Source of the DNA: Amphiscolops sp. MND2022
Lineage: Eukaryota
Direction of reading: 5' to 3'
Assembly: GCA_964187785.1 (NCBI GenBank)
Contig: OZ076413.1
Span: 45,014,001-45,078,000 of the forward strand
Length of the DNA stretch: 64,000 bases
Shown here: piece by piece, positions 36,786 through 48,924 of the stretch
Layout of the letters: each line of letters opens with the position of its first letter
How positions within the stretch are numbered: position 1 is the stretch's first letter
Translations under genes and position numbers: made by a program
Notes under the pieces: generated by a model
Seen by the model: the letters and a program-made list of their open reading frames with translations, nothing else
Databases searched by the model: none
Told to the model about the DNA's origin: nothing

Positions 36786-39700
36786 CTATTCACCGTTAGC
36801 GGGGCACGGCTTTTGTAGGGGTTCGTTGTCACACGCGGTGCTTTCTGTTATACTTGTTCTTCTAACGCAGACTTCGTTGTCACCAGGCTCGAACCAAGAG
36901 CAACTCCTCGTTTCAACCTCTCCGTGGTCATTGGCGGCACACACTCTACATTGGTCGCTGTTCCAGTCGGTCAACTCATACGGATTGGTCACTTAACAGA
37001 ACTTTGAATGAGCATCAATGAACATCCATGCATATCGAAGAACCATTAATGAGGCATCAATTAACATGCACAGAGTTTGCAGGACTCTTTCAAAATTCCT
37101 ACTTAAATTAGTCATTTTTTGATGCTACGTGGGCATTATTTAATTTATTGTTTAGTTTTAGATTTTGATTGAACTTGTCCACAAAATTCTTTTGAAACAC
37201 TTCATTGTTAATTTGGATGGATCTAAGTTTTTGTGATTTCTTTTGAACTTTTTGAGATTGCTAAATGCTTTTGAACGGTTGAAGCGGTTGATCATTAAAT
37301 TTAAAGCTTGTTTGGAACAGTTTGCGAAATCATGTTATAGCAGATTAATGATGGTAAAGCATAATAAACAAACATTTCATCTTTTTTGATCTCTTAATGC
37401 AAAAACCTATAAAAGTTGCCAACCGAGCCAAAACAATGCATCGTTGAGTACTTTTATGTAGCCACAAACTTTTGCAATATCAATAACACAATCGGCTAAT
37501 ATTTTTCCATGTCGAAAATACATCAATGGAAGTGTTCTGTGTATATTTTAAGCTATTTACAATAGTGTGATCAAAGTTTCGTACTCCTGTTAGTTAGAAA
37601 AGTTCCGGACAATTGAAACATTCGGGTAAACCACAAAATAAAAGTTTGCTTAAATTTCTGTTAGAGCACATTGGTGTTTTTCACTTTTCTTTAGCATGAA
37701 CGTCTAATAGGCATCGAGTAAATAAAAAACGTACGAAACGCTTTAATTTGACCTCACCTGCGCAATAACTCCTGCATGTTCTGCCCACGCAATCTGAAAT
37801 AAGCATTGCTTCGTTTTTCAAAGAAATGTAGAACAAATTCGCACCTGAGATTAGTTAAACAACTTACCACTCTGCTCTCGGTTCTCCCAGGTGGTTTCTG
37901 AAAGCATATTCCAAAATCAACAAACAACAAGACAACACCTAATCTCAATTTAGGTACAACATTTTTCTACGGTTCCAGTATTATAGTTATATAGCAATAA
38001 TTCAGAGGAGTCATCTTTCACTATCTTGATTATTTTGCAATAGTATGGAACCGGAAAGTTTCCAACAATTTCGAACTTTTGAAGTAAAACATCAATGTGT
38101 TCGCAATTACGAAAGAATTTTGGGGCATTATGAGTCTTAAGCTTGGGCGACTTGTACTGTTTCCAGGTGGTTTGATTTTTATGCTATTATTCAGTTATAA
38201 TTTAGTTTACTTTAAAATTCGACGTCTCGAAAAAATCGAAGCACTTTCAGCAAGAATTTCTCTTCATTAAAATAGGAAAAGAAGATTAACACAAAAACCC
38301 ATTGAAGAGTTCACAAAAAGAGGGCAAAAATTCCATAAACAGCTATCAAAACTGGTTAATTGCATGTTTCAAGTGGTTCCAAGAAAGCGAAGATAGTTCA
38401 GCGTCAATCGGGTTGACCCTCCATGGATATCTTCGAAAGATCTTGGCAAGATCTTGTCAAGATCTTAGAACAATCTTGGCTAAGATCTTGTCATGATCTT
38501 GCCATGGTATTCATTTTGCCATGGTAAGACGTATCAAGAGAGCCATGTTCCCAAGAAAAATTTTCATTGTAAAATACTATTTAGCCAGAAAAAAAACGTT
38601 AAAGGAAGTCAACAAAAATCAACATCTATGCAGAAGACATCTATTACACTGTTAGACACGACAATTTTTTGTTGAAAAGTATAAAACTTGATTGAAGAGT
38701 CCTGATGATGTTTATTTAGGGAGGCACTGATTGCTCGGTCATTGCTAAACTGTCGCAAACGACGGCGTCAGAAAATGACCGTCGTTTCTAGCAGTAATAG
38801 GTCTGCTAAATCAGGCTCAAAGAAAAGTGGAGATATGAATTCACAAAACTTTTCCGGATTTTTAGGTGTTTCCTGTACAACTTTTCGATAGTGGCTCTGG
38901 AAGTTTGAGAGCATTTTTCTCTGTTTCTGGAATTGACAAGAATGATAAATTACACGTTTTGAAAAGCCCTTGAAATGAGCTTTCATTTGGTACATTCGCA
39001 TTCCTTTGTTTTAAATCAGGCGAGGAGTTATTAGGATTCTTGTCATAATTTCGGAAGCCAGAATACGTTATCGTAATTTTTCACACATTTTTGCCTGCAA
39101 GTTTGTTTCAGCAGATTGAAGCATTTTGATTAAGAAAACGAGTAGAAATAGTAGTTGTTGGGTGAAATAGGCCTTTAGATTGAGTCTCGGCTGCCTGTAC
39201 CGAAGGTATTGAGTGTTTTATAATCTTAGAACTCTGTCCATCGAATTTTGATAAGATATGATCTTGGAATAATGTATTATCTTAGTAAGATCTTAGTATG
39301 AATCTTGCCATGGGATCCATTGTTGCCAAGATGTAGTAAGAATTTGGCAAGATCTTGCCAAGACAGCCAAGATGCTAGTAAGTCACTACTAAAGTCACGG
39401 CTATATTCGGAAATAAAAACTTAGAAGCTAAACATTTTTATCCATTACTTGTCTGAGTCCAAACGCAAACGTCCGTGACAAAGAAATCTCGAGAATTGAA
39501 AACACTAACTATCCACAAAAAAAGTGATGGCTGGATCGGCTGTGTAGTTATTAAACTCACACACTCCGAAGGCAGAGAAACAGTCGCACTGTCTCGTGAC
39601 CTTGTTGTACCGAGCCACCACTTTGGGGTCTTCACCCGGCAGCACTCTCTCGCAGGTCAAAGGACAGGCTTCGGGGCAGCTGACACGCACACTTCGACCA

Positions 39701-39873
39701 GGGGTCATCAAACACCAGAAGTTGATCCCAGGGTCAAGGTCAACTGTGACGTAATCAGTTAGAAGTGTTTCAGAGCCTTTCAAAAACAGTGACAGTAGTA
39801 ATAAAAAAATGCTAATAATAGAAAGAGGAGCAAAGGATCCAAGATTAAGTTTCAACTTGTCCAAAAATGCCAT
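36786..39873 (-). CDS. Putative secreted Cys-rich protein (~199 aa): signal peptide, PAN-like domain and TSR-like domain (exon C)
   Basis: Exons 39873-39510 (donor a|gttagt), 37897-37868 (ttcag|...g|gtaagt) and 36991-36786; both introns phase 1, total 600 nt open; hydrophobic N-terminus LSIISIFLLLLSLF. Confidence 0.65.
38418..38505. repeat. ATCTTGGCAAG-type short repeats; related units at ~39255-39375
   Basis: Repeated gatcttggcaag/gatcttgtc units, similar to the TCTTGCAAGA family; lie in the first intron of the secreted-protein model. Confidence 0.45.
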
Positions 39874-40078
39874 TGCACGTTTTAATTGTGAACAAAAGAG
39901 CTGTCTATCAAGCCTGACTGGTACTTGAAGAATTTTATAGTTCTGTTGAGAAAAATTCGAAGCATGAAAGTTGAAGAAACATCAGAGAGTTTGAGCAAAA
40001 GATCTGTCATTAATCATTCATTTCCGCGAATGGACAAATCCGTTAGTTAATTCTGGAAACAGATGTTCGGAGCAGTTT

Positions 40079-40855
40079 TTGCCGATATCAAGATCCTGTG
40101 CAATGCCTAATGCTGGCAAAACAGTGACCATTTATTACCATTTTGCAACGAAGCAATTAAAAATTTTCCACGAAGATTCAAAACACCTGTTTGTGAGCTT
40201 CTTGGATGTTGTCAGGAAGTGCATTGGAACATTTGATGAGATTCTTGATTTTTTCCTGTTGATTTGGATATTCCACTGCACAGTTGTCTGATTTCCTATG
40301 ACTATAGACGTGCCAAAAAAATAATTTTAAATAATTTTAATTGCGGTGGTAAACAAACCATGTTACAGTGAAGAATTTTTTCAACGATGAATCATGTTTA
40401 GGCGTTTTTTGAGCCTGTCATTTTTTAAAAGACATTGAGTTGGTGTTTTCCCGGTGGCAGTCGAGTTGTGATCAATGTTGAGATACTAAAAATCGCAAAA
40501 ACCCGAACTAAAACTTTTTACGATACAAAGATAAATTTAGATCAGAAAAAGCCGCAAAGTTCCAAAATTACCCAAAAGTGTGGCCGTTTGGGCTCACAAA
40601 TTTCGTTTTCTGAACCGAACACATCAAAAAACGAAGCAGCGAACCACCAGTGAAAACAATTTTGTCAAACGTTGCACAGGGCAAGAAAAAACCGTTGATT
40701 TTTCTTATGCCACAATTATTGAGAAGACTCTCATTGAAAAAAAAATTAAGCAAAGAGGTCACCTTTATGTCTCGGAAAACGGTTTTCTTCAACAGAAAAG
40801 CTCTGAACTCCAAAAATTACATGGCAAGTATTTCAAAAAAGTGTTGAAATCTTGA
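40079..40855 (+). pseudogene. Possible decayed Polinton/Maverick protein-primed DNA polymerase B fragment
   Basis: Fragments PISRSC...DSKHLFVSFLD and FRFLNR...SENNFVKRCTGQEKTVDFSY resemble remembered pPolB motifs; heavily degenerate. Confidence 0.3.
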
Positions 40856-41255
40856 AATCTCTAAGGGGACCCTCTTTGCTCTAAGGATATGTTCTTCAAG
40901 AAAAGAGGCTACAAATGAAAAGAAATCAGAAAAAAATGGTCTCCTTGTTACATAAACTAGCATGAAAAAATGGTCCAGCACGAGACTGGACACCACGTAC
41001 ACAGAGAGAAACTCACTCAGCGCAGTTAGAAGTCCGCATTAACCGCTATGTCAAGTGGAATATCTTTTGCTGCGTACGAATTGAAGTTTAAGAAATTTTG
41101 ACAGAACGAGTAGTTTCTGGAACAAGTAGCAGTGACAAAATATCCATCAAAATTCTGCATAATCTTAGATGTCGAATTTCCTTAGCCACCAAATTCGTTT
41201 TCGAGGTTGTCGAAATATGAAAAGAAGGACCTTCCCTAGAGTTATAAAAATACAA

Positions 41256-41360
41256 ACCTTGCAAGAATCTTGTAAGAAAGACATTGACCTTGCAAGAATC
41301 TTGCAAGACAGACATTGACCTTGTAAGAACCTTGCAAGGAAGACCTTAAACTTGCAAGAG
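41256..41360. repeat. TCTTGCAAGA-family repeat cluster
   Basis: Repeated ccttgcaagaatcttgcaaga units. Confidence 0.55.
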
Positions 41361-42125
41361 TTCGCGGTAAAAGTCATCGTACAAAATTTAGCAGGGAATG
41401 ATACAATCCTGGAATGATGCCTGAGTGAAAGTTTTTGATCTTCACGGTCTCAGATAAGCTCCAAGTTCACGGTTCCTTTCGAGACAGTTCAAAAGTTTTG
41501 ATGGTTCGAAATTTAATTCACGCGATACCGATACCATGAAGATAAACTAGCTTTGCGTTTTTACACTGAGATAAAAATGTACAATTCATGCAAATCAAAT
41601 TGCTATGAAAAACATCTCAAGGAGGCCTTTGTTCGATTGTTTAGGAGAAGAGCATCAAGTCATTTCTGTCCCGATTGTCGTCACAAAGAAATTATGATTC
41701 TGCAACTAACATCTCGATTGCGGCTTCTTTTTTGTTTCCCTAAGGCTCCAGTATCAATATTTTGAGATCTTCACAAAAAGAAACATTTAGATTTATAAAA
41801 GCTACACTAAATACCCTCTAATCTAAATAAACAAGGACTACTTGGTTGGCTTCTTGATGCACTGTCTTAGAAAAGTTTTTCCCAGTGGTTTTTCACTTAG
41901 TTTCTTCCTCAAAAAACAAAACAACTATCGACTTCGCCGAAGTATCATTACAGATCTCAAAACGAATGATTCGAGTTGATGACAAACGTTTACTTTTACA
42001 CTGTTAAACAAAACGTCTTTGCCTGTCGTGAGTTTGCCCTTAACCAGAGTAAAATTGGAAAAAAAAAATAGATCTTATTTAACGCAGGGTCTTCTTTAGC
42101 AGATGAAACTTGACTTGATCGAAAA

Positions 42126-42357
42126 CGGATATAACGTTTTCAAAGTTAAGATATAACGTTTTCGGAGTTCGGATAAAATTTTTCAAAGTTCGGATGTAAC
42201 GTTTTCAAATTTCAGACATAACGTTTTCGAAGTTCGGATAAAACTTTTCACAGTTCGGCTGTAGCATTTCATAGTTGTGATGTAACGTTTTCAATGTTCG
42301 GATATAACGTTTTCAAAGTTCGGATGTGACGTTTTCAATGTAAGGTTTTCAAAGTTC
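42126..42357. repeat. ~22-bp minisatellite (about 10 copies)
   Basis: Consensus cggatataacgttttcaaagtt. Confidence 0.85.
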
Positions 42358-42775
42358 AACTTATTCGTCAGTTGTTCTTCTCATAAGGTATGATGGGAGC
42401 TTCGACAGCCATTATACACTATATGAGAGAGTCCTAAATGCACTCTCTCTACAGAATTGTAACCCGGGAGGTGGGAGTAAGCTTTTTTTGACTTTTTTGT
42501 TTTCAAAAAGGAAACAAAAGTGGTCTGTTTTTGAAAATGGTCTTTCGATTAGCAATCGGTACTTTCGGGTAAGAATTTGGAATTCACCCTGACTTTTCAT
42601 TACTTTGTGGACTTGATTTATTGACTACAGCATGCGACACTCCCAACTCGTAGTTCATCTGGTCAAACTTTTCCTCAGTCGAAAGAATACAAATCCTTTC
42701 TTTAGCATTTTGTAGTTCATGGATTCCAAACCAGCTCCTCACGGAACCATTTCATCTGAAAGGGAAAACATTAAG

Positions 42776-42960
42776 CTTGCAAGTTACTTGCAAGAAAAAT
42801 AGATGTCTTGCAAGATTGTGTTTCGATATCTTGCAAGTTGTACATCAACTTGCAAGAATCTTGCAAGGTTTCTATTGTCTTGCAAGAAACTTGCAAGAGA
42901 TCTATTCTTCGCAAGAAACTTGCACGATTCTTGCAAGAGTTGTATTTTTTTCAACTAGGA
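42776..42960. mobile_element. Partial TCTTGCAAGA-family MITE-like element
   Basis: Many cttgcaag units ending tttttcaactagg, the reverse complement of the 791 terminus. Confidence 0.5.
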
Positions 42961-43279
42961 TTCTCATAAAATATGGCATTTTGTGAAGTTTTCATAGATT
43001 GTTTGTGGTCACCTGGGAGAGGATTGAAAAGATATTACGGCAAAAACTCCAGATAATATTCACCCGCACACTAGTTTTAATTCATGAAGCGCCGACTAAA
43101 AATTGAACGGCAAACGCACCATTCATGCAGTGCAATTAAAACCTGTTCCAGACTGCAATAATTTCTTACTGCATGCATGCATGCAGAATGAAATTTTGAA
43201 AGTGAGTATCCGGTGGAAATGCTTTTCCCACTTCATGACCGACTAGTTCGCGGTTTATACAATTCTCCACTACCTATGT

Positions 43280-43323
43280 GATTTTTTTTTCAATGCGCTT
43301 TTAAAGCGCATTGAAAAAAAATC
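43280..43323. repeat. Short palindrome (1-nt centre at 43302)
   Basis: gatttttttttcaatgcgcttt-t-aaagcgcattgaaaaaaaatc. Confidence 0.85.
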
Positions 43324-43873
43324 CCCCTTTCGAGTTTTTTGATATTTTGCAACGGAATATATGTTAATAAAGCCCAAAGGGTCCCCCTTTTACATTTTTC
43401 GGCACTATGCGACATTTTCTGAAAGAAAAAAAATCAAAAATTTCAAGTTTTTTTTTAAAAAAGTCTTTTGCGCATTTTGAGCCTTAGATAAAGCGCCGAC
43501 TTTAGACGTTCCCGTCTTGTTACGTGTAGCCGACACATCATCAAATTTTTACCACTTCAAAGCACAGTAATTCCTGTCGCGTTTTGAAATAAAAACGGTT
43601 TTTATTTAAAAACGCGACAGGAATTACTGTGCTTTGAAGTGGTACAAATTTGATGATGTGTCGGCTACACGTAACAAGACGGGAACGTCTAAAGTCGGCG
43701 CTATATCTAAGGCTCAAAATGCGCAAAAGACTTTTTTAAAAAAAAACTTGAAATTTTTGATTTTTTTTTCTTTCAGAAAATGTCGCATAGTGCCGAAAAA
43801 CGTAAAAGGGGGACCCTTTGGGCTTTATTAACATATATTCCGTTGCAAAATATCAAAAAACTCGAAAGGGGGA
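43322..43873. repeat. ~550-bp palindrome (1-nt centre at 43597) duplicating a HINE 3' end plus flank
   Basis: Arms are reverse complements with few mismatches; centre aaaaac-g-gttttt. Confidence 0.9.
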
Positions 43874-44179
43874 CTCTTTTTAGACATTAAAAACTTTTTG
43901 AAAAAAAAGTCGCACAATGCCAAAAAAAATTGAAAGGGGGACCCTTTAGTCTCGTCCGGTTTTGTAGGCTACGGTAAAATAGTAAAATATGAAAGGGGGG
44001 ACCCTTTTGCAGTAATTTTAGCTGACCGGACTTGGCCTCTTATGCTAGTAGTTTTAGTAGTTTCGATTGTAAGAAAAGTGGCCCAATCAGGGTGAGATTG
44101 TAGTCTGACGAAAAAAAAAGAAAAAAAAAACTAGCCACTGTAAGAGTCGGGCACTTTTCCCTAGAAAAGCGCCGACTAA
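43673..44179 (-). mobile_element. HINE/DINE-1-like Helentron-associated element
   Basis: On the minus strand TTAGTCGGCGCT...AGCGCCGACT subterminal inverted repeats, then hairpin AGACG-ttcc-CGTCT and TGTT; homologous to 2100-2520. Confidence 0.6.
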
Positions 44180-44259
44180 TAAAAATAGAGCAAATATTTG
44201 CGAAATTTCCACGATTTCAATGTCTGGCGAGTTTTTAAATGAATCTTTCAAACACCTTG

Positions 44260-44760
44260 ATAAAGTAGTGTAGGTAGAGCAAGGTAACATAATAGCACGG
44301 GTCTGTCATGTCTGTTTTTAATCAACTCGCTTGAGCTCTTCCTGGTAAATACTACGGGCTCTTCCCGTAGAAAAAGTACTCAATTGCCAACAACTAAATT
44401 GTAAATCATGTATTTTTCCGGTACCAAAAATGTTTTCACAGAGCATAGTGAACTGTCTGACGAATGTTTGAGTTGACTTGAATGAAATACGTGTCCACGC
44501 CAACTTCGTTAGCGGCATTTTGGAACAACTGTTTCAACGCAGCACAATGACTTAGAATTCCGACCTAATTCATAAGATGTTAAATCGACTTGACAAGAAA
44601 GTTGTTGAAGCCACCTAATGTTGATAATGTTTGCGGTGAAGTGAGTAGAGGAATGTTCGATCTACAGATGAAACGAGCAATTGAACAAAGGTGTGAAACT
44701 CAAATATTGAAGAAATTTATATAATGGAAAGTTCTATGTTCCTGAGTTCTTTGAAATATC
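44260..44760 (-). pseudogene. Possible decayed Polinton-like major capsid protein fragment
   Basis: CENIFGTGKI...IYQEELKRV loosely resembles a remembered Polinton MCP segment; weak. Confidence 0.2.
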
Positions 44761-45601
44761 GAATATATGACAAATCTGGAGGGTCAGTGACTATCAAAAT
44801 CTTGAATGGGTTGTTTGCTGTCAAGAACCCAATAGTAAGGTTACGTATGTGGTCTAATAAGGTAAGGGAGGCTAGAAAATAGTACTAGAAATCCCTCTGA
44901 GTAAGAGCCGAGACTCCCACAGAAGAACATTCGAAGCAGATTCATTTCACCTCAGACATCTTTCTACTGTTTTCCAATCTCTACCGAGGATTTCAAGCAA
45001 TTTCAACAGGGGCGATTCGATAGGGAAACTTCATGTCAATATCTTAGGCAACTTGCTCAAAAGCATTTTATCGTTTTTGTTTGCAATTTGTGTGAACAAC
45101 TGTCATAAACTTTTGAAATGGTTTCATTTTACATTTTAGAATGAGCAATTGGCATACAGATTACAACTTTCGATGTAATTACTTTTGTTGATTTTCTATT
45201 TTTTTTTCTGATGAATAGAATCTTTTCTCTGAGCTTTAAGACTCTCACCTTTCTTTGTTGAAATTCCCAGTTAAGAAATACTTTTTTGGAGAAGCGATTG
45301 ATTCCTATTGTTCTTAGATTGGATTTAGCAATAGTTCTCCATGAGAGTTGGTTTTTTGAATGAAGTCTTGATGATAACGGAATTTTCTTGGTTGTTATCA
45401 TTTGGCGACAATCCTTCAGCTATATAAGAGCAAAGTTTGCCTGTGCCTGTGTAGGGATTTAGGTCCCCAGTGTCCCTAAGATCAAATACAGACCTAGAGT
45501 CCTTCTTTGTTATTTTTGTTTTCCTTTGTCTGATTATAGGTCTGACCATTGAAGGACAACCCGGACTTGGGGTTCTATGACTTGAAGACAGCGAACCCAT
45601 G

Positions 45602-47246
45602 TGTCACAGTCCGTGTCCGGACTGGGTTAAACTAAAACAAACAAAAATTAAATCTCTAGAATTCATTCCAAATTGCTGCAGCTAGCTAGAATTTCATTCC
45701 AAATATCAGCCAGCATGACGTCACAGCTATGGCAGCTAGTTAGAAATCATTCCAAATTCACGTCACGACTACGTCACTGCATTGGCAGCTAGCTAGAAAT
45801 TCATTCCAAAATTGTGACGTCAATATCTCGTCTAACTTGGCAGCTAGCTAGAACAAAAGACTCGTCAGCGTGTCGTCAAACTTGGCAGCTTGCCAAGCTA
45901 GCTGAGAAAACTTGTCAACGTTTTTTCGCAAATCCATCAAAATAGCTATTTTATTCCATCCAAAATACCAATTTTACGTCCACGCTACGTCCACTATAAT
46001 GGCGGACTAAGTCTATTAACAAATTTACGTCCACGCTACGTCCACTATAATGGCGAACTAAGTCCAATACCAAATGTACGTCCACACTACGTCCCAAATT
46101 TATGAAATTAGACGTTTTAGTCAGTATTAATTTTAAAAGAAGCCTCATTTTACTACGGTAAAACTAACCGAAGCTAGAATATGAATCAACGTCAACACTA
46201 CGTCGCAATTTAACTAACCAAGTCAAATTTTGAATCTATGTCAACGCTACGTCAACTAATATACTAGAAGTTGAGAAAACACATTTCTACGTCAGTATTG
46301 CGTCGACTAAGATTGAATTCGCACGGAATACGGTATTTAGGCCAAGATTTTTCAGACTAACCTAAAATAACAGTGTTTTAACAGTATTCAAATTGGAGAG
46401 TCACAGTTTATCTTCAATTTGTTTTAATAAAGTGCAGTCTAAGCAGGCTTTTTAAATGTATGTTTTGATTACCTAATTTAATAATTTCATTGGCTGTTTG
46501 ACGATGTCACGTCGTCTTTTATTGTTGCTCAAAGGTGTTGCTCTTAGCTTTAATCAGATAAACAATTGTTAATTGTTGAAATATTTAATTGTTTAGCCTC
46601 AAGTAAATCAGTCACTCTCTTAGCATCACCAAATTGCACAAATCAAGATAATATGTCATAATTTTCTTCAAGTAAAAGTTCAAAATCAGGTATTAGTTGT
46701 TCACGTCAGCGTCATCTCCGCGTCGGTTTCTTACGAACCAAAGTAGTAAAACGGGGAAATATTTCCGTTTTGACAGACTGAAGTAATATCTACTTCCTGC
46801 TTGGGAGGAAACAAAAGGACGCCGGAATGAAATGATATGATCATGGTTGATGACTAATACTAGATTAGAATTGCCGTGTCTTAAAAATTGACGAAATGCT
46901 AACGCAGATCAAAATTTTGCCGCAAAATTACAGGAAGTGACTAATATCTCGATGGAAATTAAAGTACGCGTGTATGAACAGATGATGCTAGGAGGGTATA
47001 TATAGCTTGTACCTGTAAAATTATTCATTCAATTTGTTATTCAACCTGCATTTCAGTTTTGTTCTCCTTTTCGATTAAATATCTACCTTTGTTGAACGCA
47101 AAACTCAAAACCTAAATATGAAACACATTGTTCAAAACAATCATATCTTCATCAAGATATCAACTAGAGGTCGGAAACCGGTCCAGCAGGATTTAGCAGA
47201 AAACATCCATACTAGCCAAAGTAGTGATCAAACAAAGTTCGTAACA
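45602..47246 (+). repeat. E4 5' LTR (contains a 51-bp tandem repeat at ~45967-46093)
   Basis: Direct repeat of 49265-50929; TATA-like ggagggtatatata at ~46991. Confidence 0.93.
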
Positions 47247-47870
47247 TGGTGACAGGAGTTTTGGACCACTCAAAAAATGTTTCCAAGAAAACATCACAAC
47301 CACCTACTGTCCACAGATCGTCCCTCCACATCGCGGATACTCTCCGCACTGGAAATGAAGACGAACACACATTATTCCAGTTCCGATATTTCAAGAGAGT
47401 ACGCCAACTTTTTTAGCCTGAGAATATTGACCCAACGAAAAAAGCAGCTTCACCGAAGAAATGATAATTTCCAGAATGAAACTTCCCTCCTAAAAGGAAA
47501 TTGTAATCCACCATAGTCGAGCACAATGACATCTTCACGAGACACCAACTCGACATTGGAATCAACAACATTTTCAAAGTCAAAATAACCCCAAAAAACG
47601 ACAGATCCCCCTACACTCAAAGTCTAGCTGTACCCATCAACCTCAGAGAGGACCTCACAGTCGCACATGCACATATGCAGAGAAATTCAAGAAAAACTAC
47701 CATCTCGTTCTTCAAACGCGCAAACCAGCTAATTGAACAACGCAACCAAAACGGCAAATGCAGACTACTTTTTGACCTACTGATAATAAACGAGTTAGAA
47801 TTCGACGACTACACCAACAACAACCATCTCGTCAGCACATTGTCAGATGCAGTCCAACACTTACCGCGGA
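47247..47870 (+). pseudogene. E4 gag/pol remnants
   Basis: PBS-proximal gag-like start; RT N-terminal fragment NGKCRLLFDL...NNNHLVSTLSDAVQHL. Confidence 0.7.
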
Positions 47871-48019
47871 CATCGATTACCACAACACGTGGTTCCAAAA
47901 ATCGGCAGCATACTCTCTGGGGTGTTACATCGGTAAGTTAAAAAATAGACTCTTCCTGAGGCTGAGATGTGCGTTCGAAAGATGACAATGACGTAGTCTC
48001 TGAAGCACACATTCCCGAA

Positions 48020-48246
48020 TCGACTAGTCAGAAAATCTAAGCTATGAACATACAAAAGCAGAAAAGGCCTATCTGCAGTTTCGTATGATTCACAAAAGTT
48101 TAATGGAACGCGGAATGTTACAAACTTAAGGGTTGTTGAATAACCAGCGCGTCGTCGTCACTAAGACGCACATCTCCCTCAGAGAGCAAAAATGAGTCTA
48201 ATTATCACTTTGCAGATCATGATCTTTTCAAGACCAAATGGATCTG
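48020..48246 (-). pseudogene. E4 remnant of the antisense gene first coding exon and intron 1
   Basis: Reverse complement shares tcagatcc, tctctgaggg, ccattaa.ctttt.tgaat, cagataggccttttctg and agcttagattttctgac with E3 24786-25031. Confidence 0.7.
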
Positions 48247-48251
48247 AAAAA

Positions 48252-48510
48252 GACCGGGTTATAACAGCCCATACACAAAGACGACGCAAGATTGACGTCG
48301 CAAATGACCGGGTTATAACAGCCCATATACAAAGACGACGCAAGATTGACGTCGCAAATGACCGGGTTATAACAGCCCATTTACAAAGACAACGCAAGAT
48401 TGACGTCGCAAATGACCGGGTTATAACAGCCCATTTACAAAGACGACGCAAGATTGACGTCGCAAATGACCGGGTTATAACAACCCAATTGAAAAGGACG
48501 CAAGATTGTT
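48252..48510. repeat. 54-bp tandem repeat (about 4.5 copies)
   Basis: Unit gaccgggttataacagcccatatacaaagacgacgcaagattgacgtcgcaaat at 48252, 48306, 48360, 48414, 48468. Confidence 0.95.
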
Positions 48511-48639
48511 GTCATTGGAAAAGACATGGTTAAAACAACCCTATATAAAATGACGTAAAAGTGACCTCATTAAACTCTCAAAAAAACACCCTCTACCGTT
48601 GGTCATTCACGTAAGTGGGGTCCTCAAAAGACAGATTCA

Positions 48640-48924
48640 TTGAATGATTTGGTTGAGCCAGCGAAACAAGTCAGTCTATCAACGGCTAAAGAGAGAGCAA
48701 CAGACTCAATTGGGCACGAGCTGCAATGTCTACCTCAACCCCGATTCAACAACACGAGAGTGTTTTACCCCATGACAGTGGCCCTGTCACAGTCCGCTCC
48801 CGGACTGGATTGTGGTTATCAAGAGGTGCCGTTTGTCCGTGATCATGGATGCATTATGAAGACAGTTAGACTATTTTATCAAACTGAAATAAACTGTGAC
48901 CAGTTAAGGCCATTCAAAAATTAA
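48640..48924 (+). pseudogene. E4 remnant of ORF3 C-terminus and an E3-like LTR start
   Basis: LNDLVEP...TVALSQSAPGLDCG aligns with E3 ORF3 LNDLERR...SVALSQPAPGLACG. Confidence 0.7.

Noticed and set aside
40970..41060. Second tRNA-like sequence on the minus strand
   Set aside because: Only loose A/B box similarity; insufficient support
42126..42357. 22-bp repeats as a CRISPR or iteron array
   Set aside because: Head-to-tail degenerate minisatellite with no spacers
45325..45600. Duplicated ORF MGSLSSSHRTP as a gene pair (also 50932-51264)
   Set aside because: The duplication is explained by the palindrome arms; no domain was recognised and the frames diverge after an indel
48252..48510. Regular repeats resembling a CRISPR array, and the repetitive ORFs 48192-48533 and 48179-48451
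   Set aside because: Units are contiguous 54-bp tandem copies with no unique spacers or cas genes, in a eukaryotic retroelement; the ORFs arise from a period divisible by three
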